IMG/VR virus record: IMGVR_UViG_3300036781_000312
Location: 1-53,988 of that record
Reading direction: 5' to 3' (one strand)
Source of the DNA: a virus
Taxonomy: Duplodnaviria; Caudoviricetes
Length of the DNA stretch: 53,988 nt
Below the pieces are notes generated by a model. It did no database searches. It saw only the letters and a program-made list of their open reading frames with translations, and was not told the DNA's origin. Below, piece by piece: positions 26,195 to 35,814 of the stretch; positions within the stretch are counted from its first letter, which is position 1, and every line of letters starts with the position of its first letter. The position numbers and the translations under genes were made by a program.

Positions 26195-26797
26195 ATGACT
26201 CGCGCAAAGCTCAACACCGTCCCGATCGACAGCGTCCGCCTCGACCCGGAGAACGTGCGCGAGCACAACGAGCGCAACCTGGTTGCGATCACAAAGAGCC
26301 TGGAGAAGTTCGGCCAGCAAAAGCCCATCGTCATCGACAACGATGGCGTCATCGTCGCCGGCAACGGCACATGGATGGGCGCGAAGCGCCTGCACTGGAC
26401 GGAAATCTGGGTCACGGTCACGGAGCTGGAGGGCGAAGCCAAAACCGCCTTCGCCCTGGCCGACAACCACATCAACGAGCTGTCCTACTTCAATGAGGAC
26501 GCGCTGGCGGCCACGATAGGCGCGATCAGCGACACCGATTTGCTGGAGGCTGCCGGCTTCGACACCGGCGAGCTGAACGATATTTTTCGCGGATCTTCCG
26601 AGCCCATCGAACTCGAGGCCGCGGGCGAAAGCGCCGGCGCGGGTGGCGGCAACAAGAAGCCAGTCACCGTGCGCGTGGCCATCGCCGTGCGCAGCGTTGA
26701 GGCCTTCGAGCAGGCGCTGAGCGCGACCGGCCTCATGAACCGCGAAGAGGCGCTGCTGGAAGTGTGCCGCACCTATGTCGAAGCAAAAGGACAATAG
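26195..26797 (+). CDS. ParB N-terminal (ParB/Srx) domain protein
   Basis: NVREHN...SLEKFGQQKPIVID...IVAGNG...ALADN. Confidence 0.88.
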   Translation: MTRAKLNTVPIDSVRLDPENVREHNERNLVAITKSLEKFGQQKPIVIDNDGVIVAGNGTWMGAKRLHWTEIWVTVTELEGEAKTAFALADNHINELSYFNEDALAATIGAISDTDLLEAAGFDTGELNDIFRGSSEPIELEAAGESAGAGGGNKKPVTVRVAIAVRSVEAFEQALSATGLMNREEALLEVCRTYVEAKGQ

Positions 26798-27449
26798 CAC
26801 CCTCGACGCCAAGCTACGGCTGCGGCGCGCAGTGCTGAAAAATGCGCCGCCGGCGCCGATGGTGCTCGAAACGCATGGCGGCAATGGCCGCGTCTACGAA
26901 CGCGCGTGGTACACCGCGAGCGGCGGCTGCGTCATCGAAAAGGACAGCGGGAAAATCGAGCAGCTAGCGCAGCAGCGCCCGCATTGGTCGGTCTTCGAGG
27001 GCGATTGCATCGCCGCGCTGGGAGCCGGGCTGATGAGCAGCACGGCCTTTGACGTTGTGGACGTTGATCCCTACGGCTCGCCACTACCGATCTTCGATGC
27101 GTTGTTCCATGTGGAACGCACCTTCCCCGAGCGCTGGCACCTGGTGGTGAACGATGGCATGCGGCAGAAGCTGCAACGCGGCGGCGCTTGGCATGTGGCC
27201 GAGTTGGCGCGCATCGTGGCGCGCCGGGGCAACAATCTTGCCCCGGTGTACCTGGAAGTGGCGCGCGAGCTGGTAGAAGCCTTCGCGCTGCGGATCGGCT
27301 ACCAAGTCGCCGGCTGGCACGGCTACTACACCGGCGACAAAGGCCTGATGACCCATTATTGGGCCGTGCTGGAGCGGATCAGTGGTGCTGCTGCACCCGC
27401 ATCGGGTTGTGATAACCCTCCGGCAGATACGGCTGCAGGTCCTTCTTGA
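26775..27449 (+). CDS. SAM-dependent methyltransferase-like protein (Trm1/TcmP-like DPYG motif)
   Basis: VLETHGGNG (motif I), IEKD, GDC, FDVVDVDPYGSP. Confidence 0.7.
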   Translation: MSKQKDNSTLDAKLRLRRAVLKNAPPAPMVLETHGGNGRVYERAWYTASGGCVIEKDSGKIEQLAQQRPHWSVFEGDCIAALGAGLMSSTAFDVVDVDPYGSPLPIFDALFHVERTFPERWHLVVNDGMRQKLQRGGAWHVAELARIVARRGNNLAPVYLEVARELVEAFALRIGYQVAGWHGYYTGDKGLMTHYWAVLERISGAAAPASGCDNPPADTAAGPS

Positions 27450-28221
27450 TGTAGTGGGCGGCGCCGAGCTGCTTGCACAGCTCGATCATGCGCAGCGTGT
27501 AGTCGCGCCAGTCGGTGGTCTTGGTGATGTCCACGTAGTTCACGCGGCCGATCTTGTAGAGGTCGACAAAGCCGTGCGTCTCGCGCACGATTTCCAGGCT
27601 GGCCTCGACGTCCAGGGTGGGCTCCAGGCTCACCCAGGTGTAGATGCCGCGCTCGTGGAAGGCTTTCAGCGCTGCAAGGCGATCGGCCGGCAGCGCCGCC
27701 CCGCTCTCCCATTTGCGCGAGAACGCATCATCCAGGCTGGTGATGGTCGAGGCGAACGAATCGCGGTCAGCGCGGAAAATGCTGATGTCGCGCAGGCTGC
27801 GCGTGCCTCCCTTAGTCAGCGTGCAGATGGCCAGGCCGTGCTCCTGCAGCACATCGAGCGTTTGGCGCGTCAGCGTGTTGTCGCCTGGGTGGTAGGGGTC
27901 GCTGGTGAAGCTGAGCATGACCTGCTCGCCGATGCCGGCAGCCTGATATTTCTTGGCGTCGCGCTTGAGGTTGTCGAGATAGCCGGCGCGCCACACCGCG
28001 CCTTCATTGAATTCGACGCGCGGCTGCTTGGTGATCAGCGGCACGTAGCAGTAGGCGCACTTGTGCCCGCAGCCGCGGTACGGATTCGCTGCCAGCGGCG
28101 CGTATTCCCCGGCCTGGCCGGCGGGCGCGTAGATGAACGAACAGCCTTTGATCGACACGCCATCGGGCTTAAGCGTGGAAACGGGAATGCGGGTCTCTTT
28201 CGAGACGGCGAGGCTCGTCAT
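27379..28221 (-). CDS. Radical SAM protein (SPL/Rv2578c-like)
   Basis: NPYRGCGHKCAYCY (CX3CX2C), SDPY, TLTK, SLEP. Confidence 0.88.
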   Translation of the reverse strand: MTSLAVSKETRIPVSTLKPDGVSIKGCSFIYAPAGQAGEYAPLAANPYRGCGHKCAYCYVPLITKQPRVEFNEGAVWRAGYLDNLKRDAKKYQAAGIGEQVMLSFTSDPYHPGDNTLTRQTLDVLQEHGLAICTLTKGGTRSLRDISIFRADRDSFASTITSLDDAFSRKWESGAALPADRLAALKAFHERGIYTWVSLEPTLDVEASLEIVRETHGFVDLYKIGRVNYVDITKTTDWRDYTLRMIELCKQLGAAHYIKKDLQPYLPEGYHNPMRVQQHH

Positions 28222-28389
28222 TGTGAATCTCCTGTCAAGTTAGAACCGTGTTCCAGCACGGTAGGAGTATTAGAGCAAAAAATACCATTTTTGTCTACTA
28301 AATCAATAACTTACGTATTTTCCTTTTAGAACGAAAGGGTTACGGGAGTTTTGTTCGTCGCGGCGGCGCCGTGGCGGGAAGGTGGGAAT

Positions 28390-28794
28390 ATGGCCGGCGG
28401 CCGAAAACCCTATGAGCCGACTAAAGAGGACCGGATCAAGGTGTCCACGATGGCGGCGTGCGGCATGCCGCAGTGGATCATCTGCGCGCGCCTGCGCAAC
28501 CCCGAGACCGGGAAACCCCTGGACCAGAAGACGCTGCGCAAGGTCTTCCGAAAAGAATTGAACGAGGGCAAGCCGATGGCTGACGCCCTGGTGAAGCAGG
28601 CTCTGTTTCAAAAGGCGATCGGCAGCGGGCCGCAGTCGGTTACGGCGGCAATTTTCTATCTCAAGACGCAGTGCGGTTGGAACGAGCGCGGCGAAGGCGA
28701 TGACGAGGAGACCGATCCCAAGTCGGTGAAGGTGCAGACTGTGGACGCGCGGCGGCGAAATGACGACGATCAACGATCCCCAGCCGACGCTTAA
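28390..28794 (+). CDS. terS: Terminase small subunit
   Basis: AAIFYLKTQCGW motif; precedes the large subunit. Confidence 0.75.
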   Translation: MAGGRKPYEPTKEDRIKVSTMAACGMPQWIICARLRNPETGKPLDQKTLRKVFRKELNEGKPMADALVKQALFQKAIGSGPQSVTAAIFYLKTQCGWNERGEGDDEETDPKSVKVQTVDARRRNDDDQRSPADA

Positions 28795-30055
28795 CGTACC
28801 GCAGGCCCAATTCCTCGCCCTCCCCCACAAGTACCGTGCCTATGTCGCCGGCTTCGGCTCGGGCAAGACATGGGCAGGTTGCGCGGGACTGTGCCAGCAC
28901 GCCTGGGAGTGGCCCAAGGTCAATGCCGGCTACTTTGCGCCCACCTACCCGCTGATTCGGGACATCTTCTTTCCCACCATCGACGAGGTGGCGTTCGACT
29001 GGGGCCTGCGGGTCAAGACGAACGAATCGAACAAAGAGGTGCACCTGTACCGCGGCCGGCGGTACCGCTGCACGGTGATCTGCCGTTCGATGGAGAAGCC
29101 GAACGACATCGTCGGCTTCAAAATCGGCAAGGCGCTCGTCGATGAGCTGGACCTGCTCAAGACCGACAAGGCAGCGCTGGCCTGGCGCAAGATCATTGCG
29201 CGGATGCGCTTCAAGAAGGAAGGGCTGATCAACGGCGTCGATGTGACGACGACGCCCGAGGGCTTCAAGTTCGTCTATCAGCAGTTCGTCAAGCAGCTCC
29301 GCGAGCGGCCTGACCTGCAGACCCTGTACGGCCTGGTGCACGCCAGCACCTACGACAACGAGGCCAATCTTCCCGATGACTACATCGACAGCTTGCGCGC
29401 CAGCTACCCGCCGCAACTCATCGAGGCGTACCTGCGCGGGCAGTTCGTCAACTTGGTCAGCGGCGCGGTGTATCCGAACTTCGACCGGAGGCTGAACCAC
29501 ACCGACGTCGCCATGGTGGAAAACGAGCTTCTGCACATCGGCATGGACTTCAACGTGCTGAACATGACGGCCGTGCTCAACGTCATCCGCGACGGGCTAC
29601 CCTTCACGGTGGGCGAGCTGACGGAGGTGCGCGACACGCCCACGATGGCGCGCATGCTCAAGGAACGGTTTTCCGAAAAAGGGCACGCGGCGGTGATCTA
29701 TCCGGACGCCAGCGGCCAGAACACCAGCAGCAAAAACGCCAGCGAATCCGACCTGAGCATTCTCAAGCAGGCCGGCTTCACGATCCAGGTGAACCACCGC
29801 AACCCCGCGGTCAAGGATCGGGTCAACGCCTACAACGCGATGATGTTCAACGAGGTGGGCGAGCGGCGCTGGAAGATCAACACCGATCTGGCGCCGGTGA
29901 CGACGGAGGCGGTCGAGCAGCAGGCATATGACAAAAACGGTGAGCCCGATAAGACCACCGGGCATGACCACCCGAACGACGCGAACGGCTATTTCATCGT
30001 TCACCGCTATCCGATTGTCCGCCCCACCATCAGCGCAACACCCCTACGAATCTAG
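28760..30055 (+). CDS. terL: Terminase large subunit
   Basis: GFGSGKT Walker A, LVDE, TTTPEG, GMDFN, DHPNDA. Confidence 0.95.
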   Translation: MTTINDPQPTLNVPQAQFLALPHKYRAYVAGFGSGKTWAGCAGLCQHAWEWPKVNAGYFAPTYPLIRDIFFPTIDEVAFDWGLRVKTNESNKEVHLYRGRRYRCTVICRSMEKPNDIVGFKIGKALVDELDLLKTDKAALAWRKIIARMRFKKEGLINGVDVTTTPEGFKFVYQQFVKQLRERPDLQTLYGLVHASTYDNEANLPDDYIDSLRASYPPQLIEAYLRGQFVNLVSGAVYPNFDRRLNHTDVAMVENELLHIGMDFNVLNMTAVLNVIRDGLPFTVGELTEVRDTPTMARMLKERFSEKGHAAVIYPDASGQNTSSKNASESDLSILKQAGFTIQVNHRNPAVKDRVNAYNAMMFNEVGERRWKINTDLAPVTTEAVEQQAYDKNGEPDKTTGHDHPNDANGYFIVHRYPIVRPTISATPLRI

Positions 30056-30058
30056 GCC

Positions 30059-31468
30059 ATGAGCGACAAACCCCCATCCCCGGCAGACATCAGCGACGAA
30101 GTCGCTGCGATGTCGCTGGAATGGCCGATGATCACCGGGCTCCTGGGCGGGACCGGCGCGATGCGCGCCGCCGGCGAGAAATACTTGCCGAAGCACCCGG
30201 CGGAAGACAGCGACGGCTACAAGTACCGGAAGGCGGTTTCGGTTCTGTTCAATGGCTTCCGCCGCACGGTCGAAACAATGGCGTCGAAGCCGTTTACCGA
30301 GCCGCTCAAGCTTAAAGACGATGTACCGCCGAAGATCGAGGGGTTCTGCGAGGACATCGACCTGGAAGGCCGCAACCTCCAGGCATTCGCAAACGACGTC
30401 TTCGACACCGCGATGGCCTTCGGCCTGTCGCACATCCTGGTGGACTATCCGCCTGTGGCAGGAGGGCAGACGCTGGCCGAGCAGCGCACCTCCGGCGCCC
30501 GCCCCTACTTCGTGCACATCAAGCCGACGGCGGTGCTGGGCTGGCGCAGTGAGCGCATCGCCGGTGTAGAAACGCTCCTGATGCTGCGCCTCGACGAAAT
30601 GGTGAGCGAGCCCGACGGCGAGTTCGGCGCGAAGGCGATACGTCAGATCCGCGTGCTGGAGCAGACCCGCTGGCGCACGTTCCGCAAGAACGAGCGCGAG
30701 GAGTGGGTGCTGTATCAGGAGGGCGTTGTCAGCCTGGGCTGCATCCCGCTGGTCACGGTCTACACCGGCCGCACCGGCTTCATGCAGGGCCGCCCACCGC
30801 TGCTGGACCTGGCCTACCTGAACGTCGCGCACTGGCAGTCGGACTCCGACCAGACGAACATCCTGCACGTTGCGCGGGTGCCGATCCTGTTCGCCGCCGG
30901 CTTCGACAAAGAGAATTCCATCGCCATCGGCGCCGGCGTGGCCGTCAAAAACGACCGCGCCGAGGCGAAACTTACGTATGTGGAGCACACCGGCGCGGCG
31001 ATCGAGGCCGGGCGCGAAAGCCTCAAGGACATGGAAGATCGCATGTCCATGATGGGCGCGCAACTGCTGGTGCGCCGGCAGGTTGCCGCCACCGCCACAG
31101 AGAAGGCCATCGACAGCAACGAGGCCGACAGCCTGCTCACCGGCATGGCCTTGGGCCTGCAGGACTCGCTCGAGCAGGCGCTGGCGCTCGTCGCCAAGTG
31201 GGAAGGTCTGGATGCCGGCGGCAGCGTCGAGGTTTGCACCGATTATTGCGAAAGCCTGGACGGCATGTCCGTCGAGGAACTGATGCGCGCGCGCGAACTT
31301 GGCGTGCTCAGTGCGGAAACCGTGTTCGGCGAACTCCAGCGCCGCGGCATCATCAACGAAGACCTGGACTGGGAGAAGGAGCTGGCACAGCTCAAGAAGG
31401 AAGGCCCGCCGCAAGGCATTAAGGGCAGTTTCGAGACCGGCGCCGGCGGTGGTGGTGGCGGCGAGTAA
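30059..31468 (+). CDS. Portal protein (DUF4055-like)
   Basis: YLPK, PPLLDLAYLNVAHWQ; position after terL. Confidence 0.88.
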   Translation: MSDKPPSPADISDEVAAMSLEWPMITGLLGGTGAMRAAGEKYLPKHPAEDSDGYKYRKAVSVLFNGFRRTVETMASKPFTEPLKLKDDVPPKIEGFCEDIDLEGRNLQAFANDVFDTAMAFGLSHILVDYPPVAGGQTLAEQRTSGARPYFVHIKPTAVLGWRSERIAGVETLLMLRLDEMVSEPDGEFGAKAIRQIRVLEQTRWRTFRKNEREEWVLYQEGVVSLGCIPLVTVYTGRTGFMQGRPPLLDLAYLNVAHWQSDSDQTNILHVARVPILFAAGFDKENSIAIGAGVAVKNDRAEAKLTYVEHTGAAIEAGRESLKDMEDRMSMMGAQLLVRRQVAATATEKAIDSNEADSLLTGMALGLQDSLEQALALVAKWEGLDAGGSVEVCTDYCESLDGMSVEELMRARELGVLSAETVFGELQRRGIINEDLDWEKELAQLKKEGPPQGIKGSFETGAGGGGGGE

Positions 31469-31509
31469 CACAGCACAGATTTCTAGCGTCGCCAGGTGGC
31501 GGCGCATCA

Positions 31510-31534
31510 GGCCCGGCGACGCCGGGCTTTTTTT
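31510..31534 (+). terminator. Intrinsic terminator
   Basis: GCCCGGC-GAC-GCCGGGC + T7. Confidence 0.75.
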
Positions 31535-31561
31535 ATGGGCGGCGCCCAAGGGGTACAGAAA

Positions 31562-32308
31562 ATGGCACTAAAGCTTTCGATCGACAAACTCGAAGACGTC
31601 GCGGAACAACTGCGCGAGCACTACGAAAAGCGCGACGACGGCAAGTTCTGGCTCATCGGCGTCGAGGACGTCGGCGGCCTGAAAAGCGCGCTGGAGAAGG
31701 AAAAGGAAGAGCGGCGCCTAGCGAAACAGGCACTGGAGAAGTTGAAGAACGTCGACCCCGAGGAATACACGCGCCTCAAGGCGGATTTCGAGGACCGCGA
31801 GCGCAAGGCCGCCGAGCGCAAGGGCGAGTACGACAAGCTGCTTGTGCAGGTCAATGAGAAGCATGCGACCGCGCTGGCCGAGCGCGACAACCAGAACAAG
31901 GCGCTGCGCACCGCGCTGGAGTCGAGCCTGATCGACTCCGAAGCGACGCGCGCCATCGCGGGCGCCAAGGGCGTCCCCGAATTGCTGCTGCCGCATGTGC
32001 GGCAGAGCGTCAAGGTAGTCGAAGAAGACGGAAAGTTTGTCGCAAAGGTCGTGGACAGGGCGGGCACCCCGCGCATCGGCGATGCAAAGGGCGCCCCCAT
32101 GACCATTGATCAGCTCGTCGGCGAAATGCGCGAAAGCGAGGTATTCGGGCGCGCATTCGAAGGGACGGGCGCAAGCGGAAGCGGGGCTTCCAACAAACAG
32201 GCAGGCGGGGCCGGCCAAAAGCAGATGTCGCGTGCGGATTTCAACAAGCTTGACCCAACCGGGCAGGCGGCGGCCGCGCGCGATGTGAATTTGACCATCG
32301 TGGACTAA
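31562..32308 (+). CDS. Capsid scaffolding protein
   Basis: Coiled coil GLKSALEKEK, Gly/Ser-rich C-terminus; precedes capsid. Confidence 0.8.
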   Translation: MALKLSIDKLEDVAEQLREHYEKRDDGKFWLIGVEDVGGLKSALEKEKEERRLAKQALEKLKNVDPEEYTRLKADFEDRERKAAERKGEYDKLLVQVNEKHATALAERDNQNKALRTALESSLIDSEATRAIAGAKGVPELLLPHVRQSVKVVEEDGKFVAKVVDRAGTPRIGDAKGAPMTIDQLVGEMRESEVFGRAFEGTGASGSGASNKQAGGAGQKQMSRADFNKLDPTGQAAAARDVNLTIVD

Positions 32309-32349
32309 ACGCCTCGGCGTTCCCCCTCCCTATTTGAAAGGAAGTAATC

Positions 32350-33501
32350 GTGTCGAACACCCTTACCGGTCTCATCCCGACCATCTACAACGCGCTCGAC
32401 GTGGTTTCGCGTGAGCTGGTCGGCATCATCCCCGCTGTCTCCAGCGACATGCAGTTCACCCGCGCCGCGGTCGGCCAGGTGGTTAGCTCGCCTGTCACCC
32501 CGTCGGCGACCGCCAGCGACATCACGCCGGCCGTGACTCCGCCCAACGATGGCGACCAGACCATCGGCAACATCCAGATGACGATCACCAAGGCGCGCCG
32601 CGTGCCGATCCGCTGGAACGGTGAAGAGAAGAAGGGCCTGGACAACAACGGCGCCAGCTTCAACGTCATCTTTCGCGACCAAGTGGCGCAGGCAATGCGC
32701 ACCTTGGTGAACGAAGTGGAATCGGACCTGTGCGCCAACCACATCTTCGGGTCTCGCGCCTATGGCACCGCCGGCACCGCGCCGTTCGCCACCGACCTGA
32801 GCGCCACCGCGCAGACGTTGAAGATCCTCAAGGACAACGGCGCGCCCGCCGGCGACCTGCACCTGATCATCGACACCACCGCCGGCGCCAAGATGCGCAC
32901 GCTGACCCAGCTCACGAAAGCGAACGAGGCCGGCGACGCGTCGCTGCTCCGACGCGGCGTTCTGCTCGACGTGCATGGCTTCGCCATCCGTGAAAGCGCG
33001 CAGATCAAGACCAGCGTTGCCGGCACGGCGGCGAGCGCCACCACCAACACCGCCGGCTATGCCAAAGGGGCTACCTCCATCACGCTGGCGGCGGCCGGCA
33101 CCGGCACCCTGGTTGCGGGCGACCTGATCACCTTCGCTGGTGACACCAACATCTACGAGGTGGCCACCGGCACCGGCGCCGTCAGCGGCGCGACCATCAC
33201 CCTGGCGCTGCCTGGCCTCCGCCAGGCGCTGCCGGCGAGCGCTCAGGCCATCACCGTTGTCGCCGCGGCCACGCGCAACATGGCGTTCACCCGCAACGCG
33301 ATCGCCCTTGCCACCCGCGCCCCCGCGCTGCCGTCGCAGGGCGACGCCGCGATCGACCGCCAGATCGTGACCGACCCGGTTTCGGGCCTGTCGTTCGAAA
33401 TTGCGATGTACGCCCAGTACCGTCAGATGCAGTACGAGGTGTCGCTGGCCTGGGGCACCAAAACGACCAAGTCGGAGCACCTGGTCATCCTGCTGGGCTA
33501 A
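32350..33501 (+). CDS. Major capsid protein (P22 coat-like)
   Basis: NTLTGLIPTIY...VSRELVG; DPVSGLSF; position. Confidence 0.85.
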   Translation: MSNTLTGLIPTIYNALDVVSRELVGIIPAVSSDMQFTRAAVGQVVSSPVTPSATASDITPAVTPPNDGDQTIGNIQMTITKARRVPIRWNGEEKKGLDNNGASFNVIFRDQVAQAMRTLVNEVESDLCANHIFGSRAYGTAGTAPFATDLSATAQTLKILKDNGAPAGDLHLIIDTTAGAKMRTLTQLTKANEAGDASLLRRGVLLDVHGFAIRESAQIKTSVAGTAASATTNTAGYAKGATSITLAAAGTGTLVAGDLITFAGDTNIYEVATGTGAVSGATITLALPGLRQALPASAQAITVVAAATRNMAFTRNAIALATRAPALPSQGDAAIDRQIVTDPVSGLSFEIAMYAQYRQMQYEVSLAWGTKTTKSEHLVILLG

Positions 33502-33571
33502 TCGCCCGGCGAACAGGGTCCGCCCGGAGCTTCGGCCCCGGGCGGCTTACTGACTTTTTCAGGACTTCATC

Positions 33572-33838
33572 ATGGGCACGATCAAAATCAAATCGACGCA
33601 TCCGGAATCGCAGGGCGATTTCGTGGTGATCGAGGAAGCGGACTTCGTCGAGGGGCAGCACGAGCATTACCTGACCCCGGCGGAAGCGGCTGCCAAGGCC
33701 AAGAAGGACGAAGCCGACCGCAAGGCTGCCGAGAAGAAGGAAGCCGACGAGAAGGCCGCTATCGAAAAAGCTGCCGCCGAAAAGGCTGAGGCGGAGCGCA
33801 AAGCCGCCGAGGAAGCGGCTGCCAAGGCCAAGAAGTAA
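33572..33838 (+). CDS. Lys/Ala/Glu-rich small virion-associated protein
   Basis: ORF after capsid gene. Confidence 0.65.
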   Translation: MGTIKIKSTHPESQGDFVVIEEADFVEGQHEHYLTPAEAAAKAKKDEADRKAAEKKEADEKAAIEKAAAEKAEAERKAAEEAAAKAKK

Positions 33839-33844
33839 TCCGCC

Positions 33845-34246
33845 ATGCTGACGGACGCCCAGCTGTGTGATACCCGGCGCTGGCTGGGGTACCAACTCGC
33901 CGGTACCACCCAGACCATCAGCGAGCAGTGGGACATCACCTATCTGTCGTTCGGCATGGTCACGATGTCGCTGTTTCAGCGGCTGAACTCCCTCTCGGCG
34001 GCGGAAGAGGCGGTGCTGATCAACACCTACCTGACGCCACTGGCGTCGCTGGAAACCGACATCGTCGGCACCGCCGCGAACCTCGACACCGATCAGGCCG
34101 CGGTCTGGTACCACAACAAGTACGAGCGGCAGGACCGCGAAGCACTTTTCGATAGCTGGCGCCGCCGGCTGTGCGGTTTCATCGGCTGCCCGCCGGGGCC
34201 CGACCTCGGCGCCGGCGGCAACAACATCGCGCTCGTGCGCGCTTAG
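33845..34246 (+). CDS. Putative head-tail adaptor
   Basis: Position and size. Confidence 0.6.
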   Translation: MLTDAQLCDTRRWLGYQLAGTTQTISEQWDITYLSFGMVTMSLFQRLNSLSAAEEAVLINTYLTPLASLETDIVGTAANLDTDQAAVWYHNKYERQDREALFDSWRRRLCGFIGCPPGPDLGAGGNNIALVRA

Positions 34247-34251
34247 AACTC

Positions 34252-34899
34252 ATGGACGCGGCAACCCTTTCCGACCGCATCTATGCGGGGTACGCGAAGG
34301 CTGCCATCCGCATCGGCTACCTGGTCGACCAATATCGGCCGGCCGACGCCGGCGCGGCGATTGCGCCCGGCAACAAGCTTGCCTCGTTTCATGCCAGCTT
34401 CAACCCGATGGACATGAAATATGGCCGCGCCGACAAGTACGGCACGGCCACTTGGTTCGGCCTGTTCGACGGCCGCCTCACGGCGGTGGGCGACTATCTG
34501 ATCAACCAGCAGGACGGCACCTATTTCATTGCGGCGCAATCGACGATCCTGCCGATCCTATGCATCGAGTGCAATCGCATCGGCACGTTCCTCCGCCCGC
34601 AGCAGCAGGCCGGCGTCGGCGCCCTGCCCTATGGCGGCAACACCGACGACACCGAGATCGCCCTGATGGCGGCGTGGCCGTGCAGCATCCTCCAGGGCAC
34701 GAAGGGCGAGCGCGGCGGGATCAACCTGCCGGGCGACGTGCGCGACCCCTGGTGGGTGATTCTGGTGCCGTTCCTCGCCGGCGCGGTGCTGCGCAGCGGG
34801 GACATCGTGAAGGACGACCTCGAACGGCGCTACATCATCAGCAGCGCCGAACTTACGGACAAAGGCTGGCGACTGACCGCCACGCAGGCCCAGACATGA
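34252..34899 (+). CDS. Putative head closure protein
   Basis: Position. Confidence 0.55.
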   Translation: MDAATLSDRIYAGYAKAAIRIGYLVDQYRPADAGAAIAPGNKLASFHASFNPMDMKYGRADKYGTATWFGLFDGRLTAVGDYLINQQDGTYFIAAQSTILPILCIECNRIGTFLRPQQQAGVGALPYGGNTDDTEIALMAAWPCSILQGTKGERGGINLPGDVRDPWWVILVPFLAGAVLRSGDIVKDDLERRYIISSAELTDKGWRLTATQAQT

Positions 34900-35756
34900 G
34901 CGACATCAACGACGTGCAGAGCACGCTGGTCACGCTGCTGGCCCAACTCTGCTACCCGAATGGCACCGGCCAGCCGTCGGCGCCCGGCATGCCGGTGAAG
35001 GTGTACGCCGGCTGGCCGAGCGAGTCCCAGTTGGACGACGACCTGCGCGTCGGCACGGTGCACGTCACCGTGTACCCGCGCCCGGGCGAAGAGAAAAACA
35101 CCACCCGCTACCCGAAGGATTGGGTGGAGCTGGAGCGCGCCAGCACCACGCTGGCCGCGGTGATCGACGGGCAGCAGGTCACGCTTTCCGGCTCCCTGCC
35201 CTCGCCCTTCTCGCCGGTCAATGTCAGCCTCCTGGTGAGCAAGCAGCACTACGTGTATCCGGTACAGGTCAGCGACACCCTGACCTCGATTGCGACCGCG
35301 CTGGCGACGCTGCTTGCCGTGGATTTTCCCGGCACCACCAGCGCCGGCCCCGTCATCACACTGGCGCCGGCCGCGCGCGCCGACGCCGCGCGCATCGGCG
35401 TCACCGGCACGCTGATCCGCGAGCTGCGCCGCCAGGAAAAGGGCTTCCAGATGATCGTCTGGGCCAATACCCCGGACGCGCGCAAGGCCGTTGTCGACGC
35501 GATCGACCCGACGCTGGCCGACACCGAGCGCCTGGTGATGCCCGACACGTATTCGGCGCGCCTTTGCTACCACAGCACCAACTACAGCGACAACTTCCAG
35601 AAGGCAAAGCTCTACCGCTGCGACCTGTTTTACAGCGTCGAGTTCGCCACTACGCAAGTCACCACCGGCTACGAGGTGACGCAGGAGACGCTGGCCGTCA
35701 GCAGCCAGCCGTCGGGTGCCACCGCGCCGGTCGGCTCGATCACCGTCAACTTCTAG
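34896..35756 (+). CDS. Putative tail terminator/neck protein
   Basis: Position before the sheath gene. Confidence 0.55.
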   Translation: MSDINDVQSTLVTLLAQLCYPNGTGQPSAPGMPVKVYAGWPSESQLDDDLRVGTVHVTVYPRPGEEKNTTRYPKDWVELERASTTLAAVIDGQQVTLSGSLPSPFSPVNVSLLVSKQHYVYPVQVSDTLTSIATALATLLAVDFPGTTSAGPVITLAPAARADAARIGVTGTLIRELRRQEKGFQMIVWANTPDARKAVVDAIDPTLADTERLVMPDTYSARLCYHSTNYSDNFQKAKLYRCDLFYSVEFATTQVTTGYEVTQETLAVSSQPSGATAPVGSITVNF

Positions 35757-35777
35757 CAACACCCCACTTTCAGCTTT

Positions 35778-35799
35778 GGCCGCCTTCGGGCGGCTTTTT
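35778..35799 (+). terminator. Intrinsic terminator
   Basis: GCCGCC-TTCG-GGCGGC + T5. Confidence 0.75.
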
Positions 35800-35814
35800 C
35801 ATTTGGAGATCGCC

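Noticed and set aside
33680-33835. Repetitive GCCGAGAAG-like DNA
   Set aside because: Low-complexity Lys/Ala/Glu coding, not a DNA repeat element
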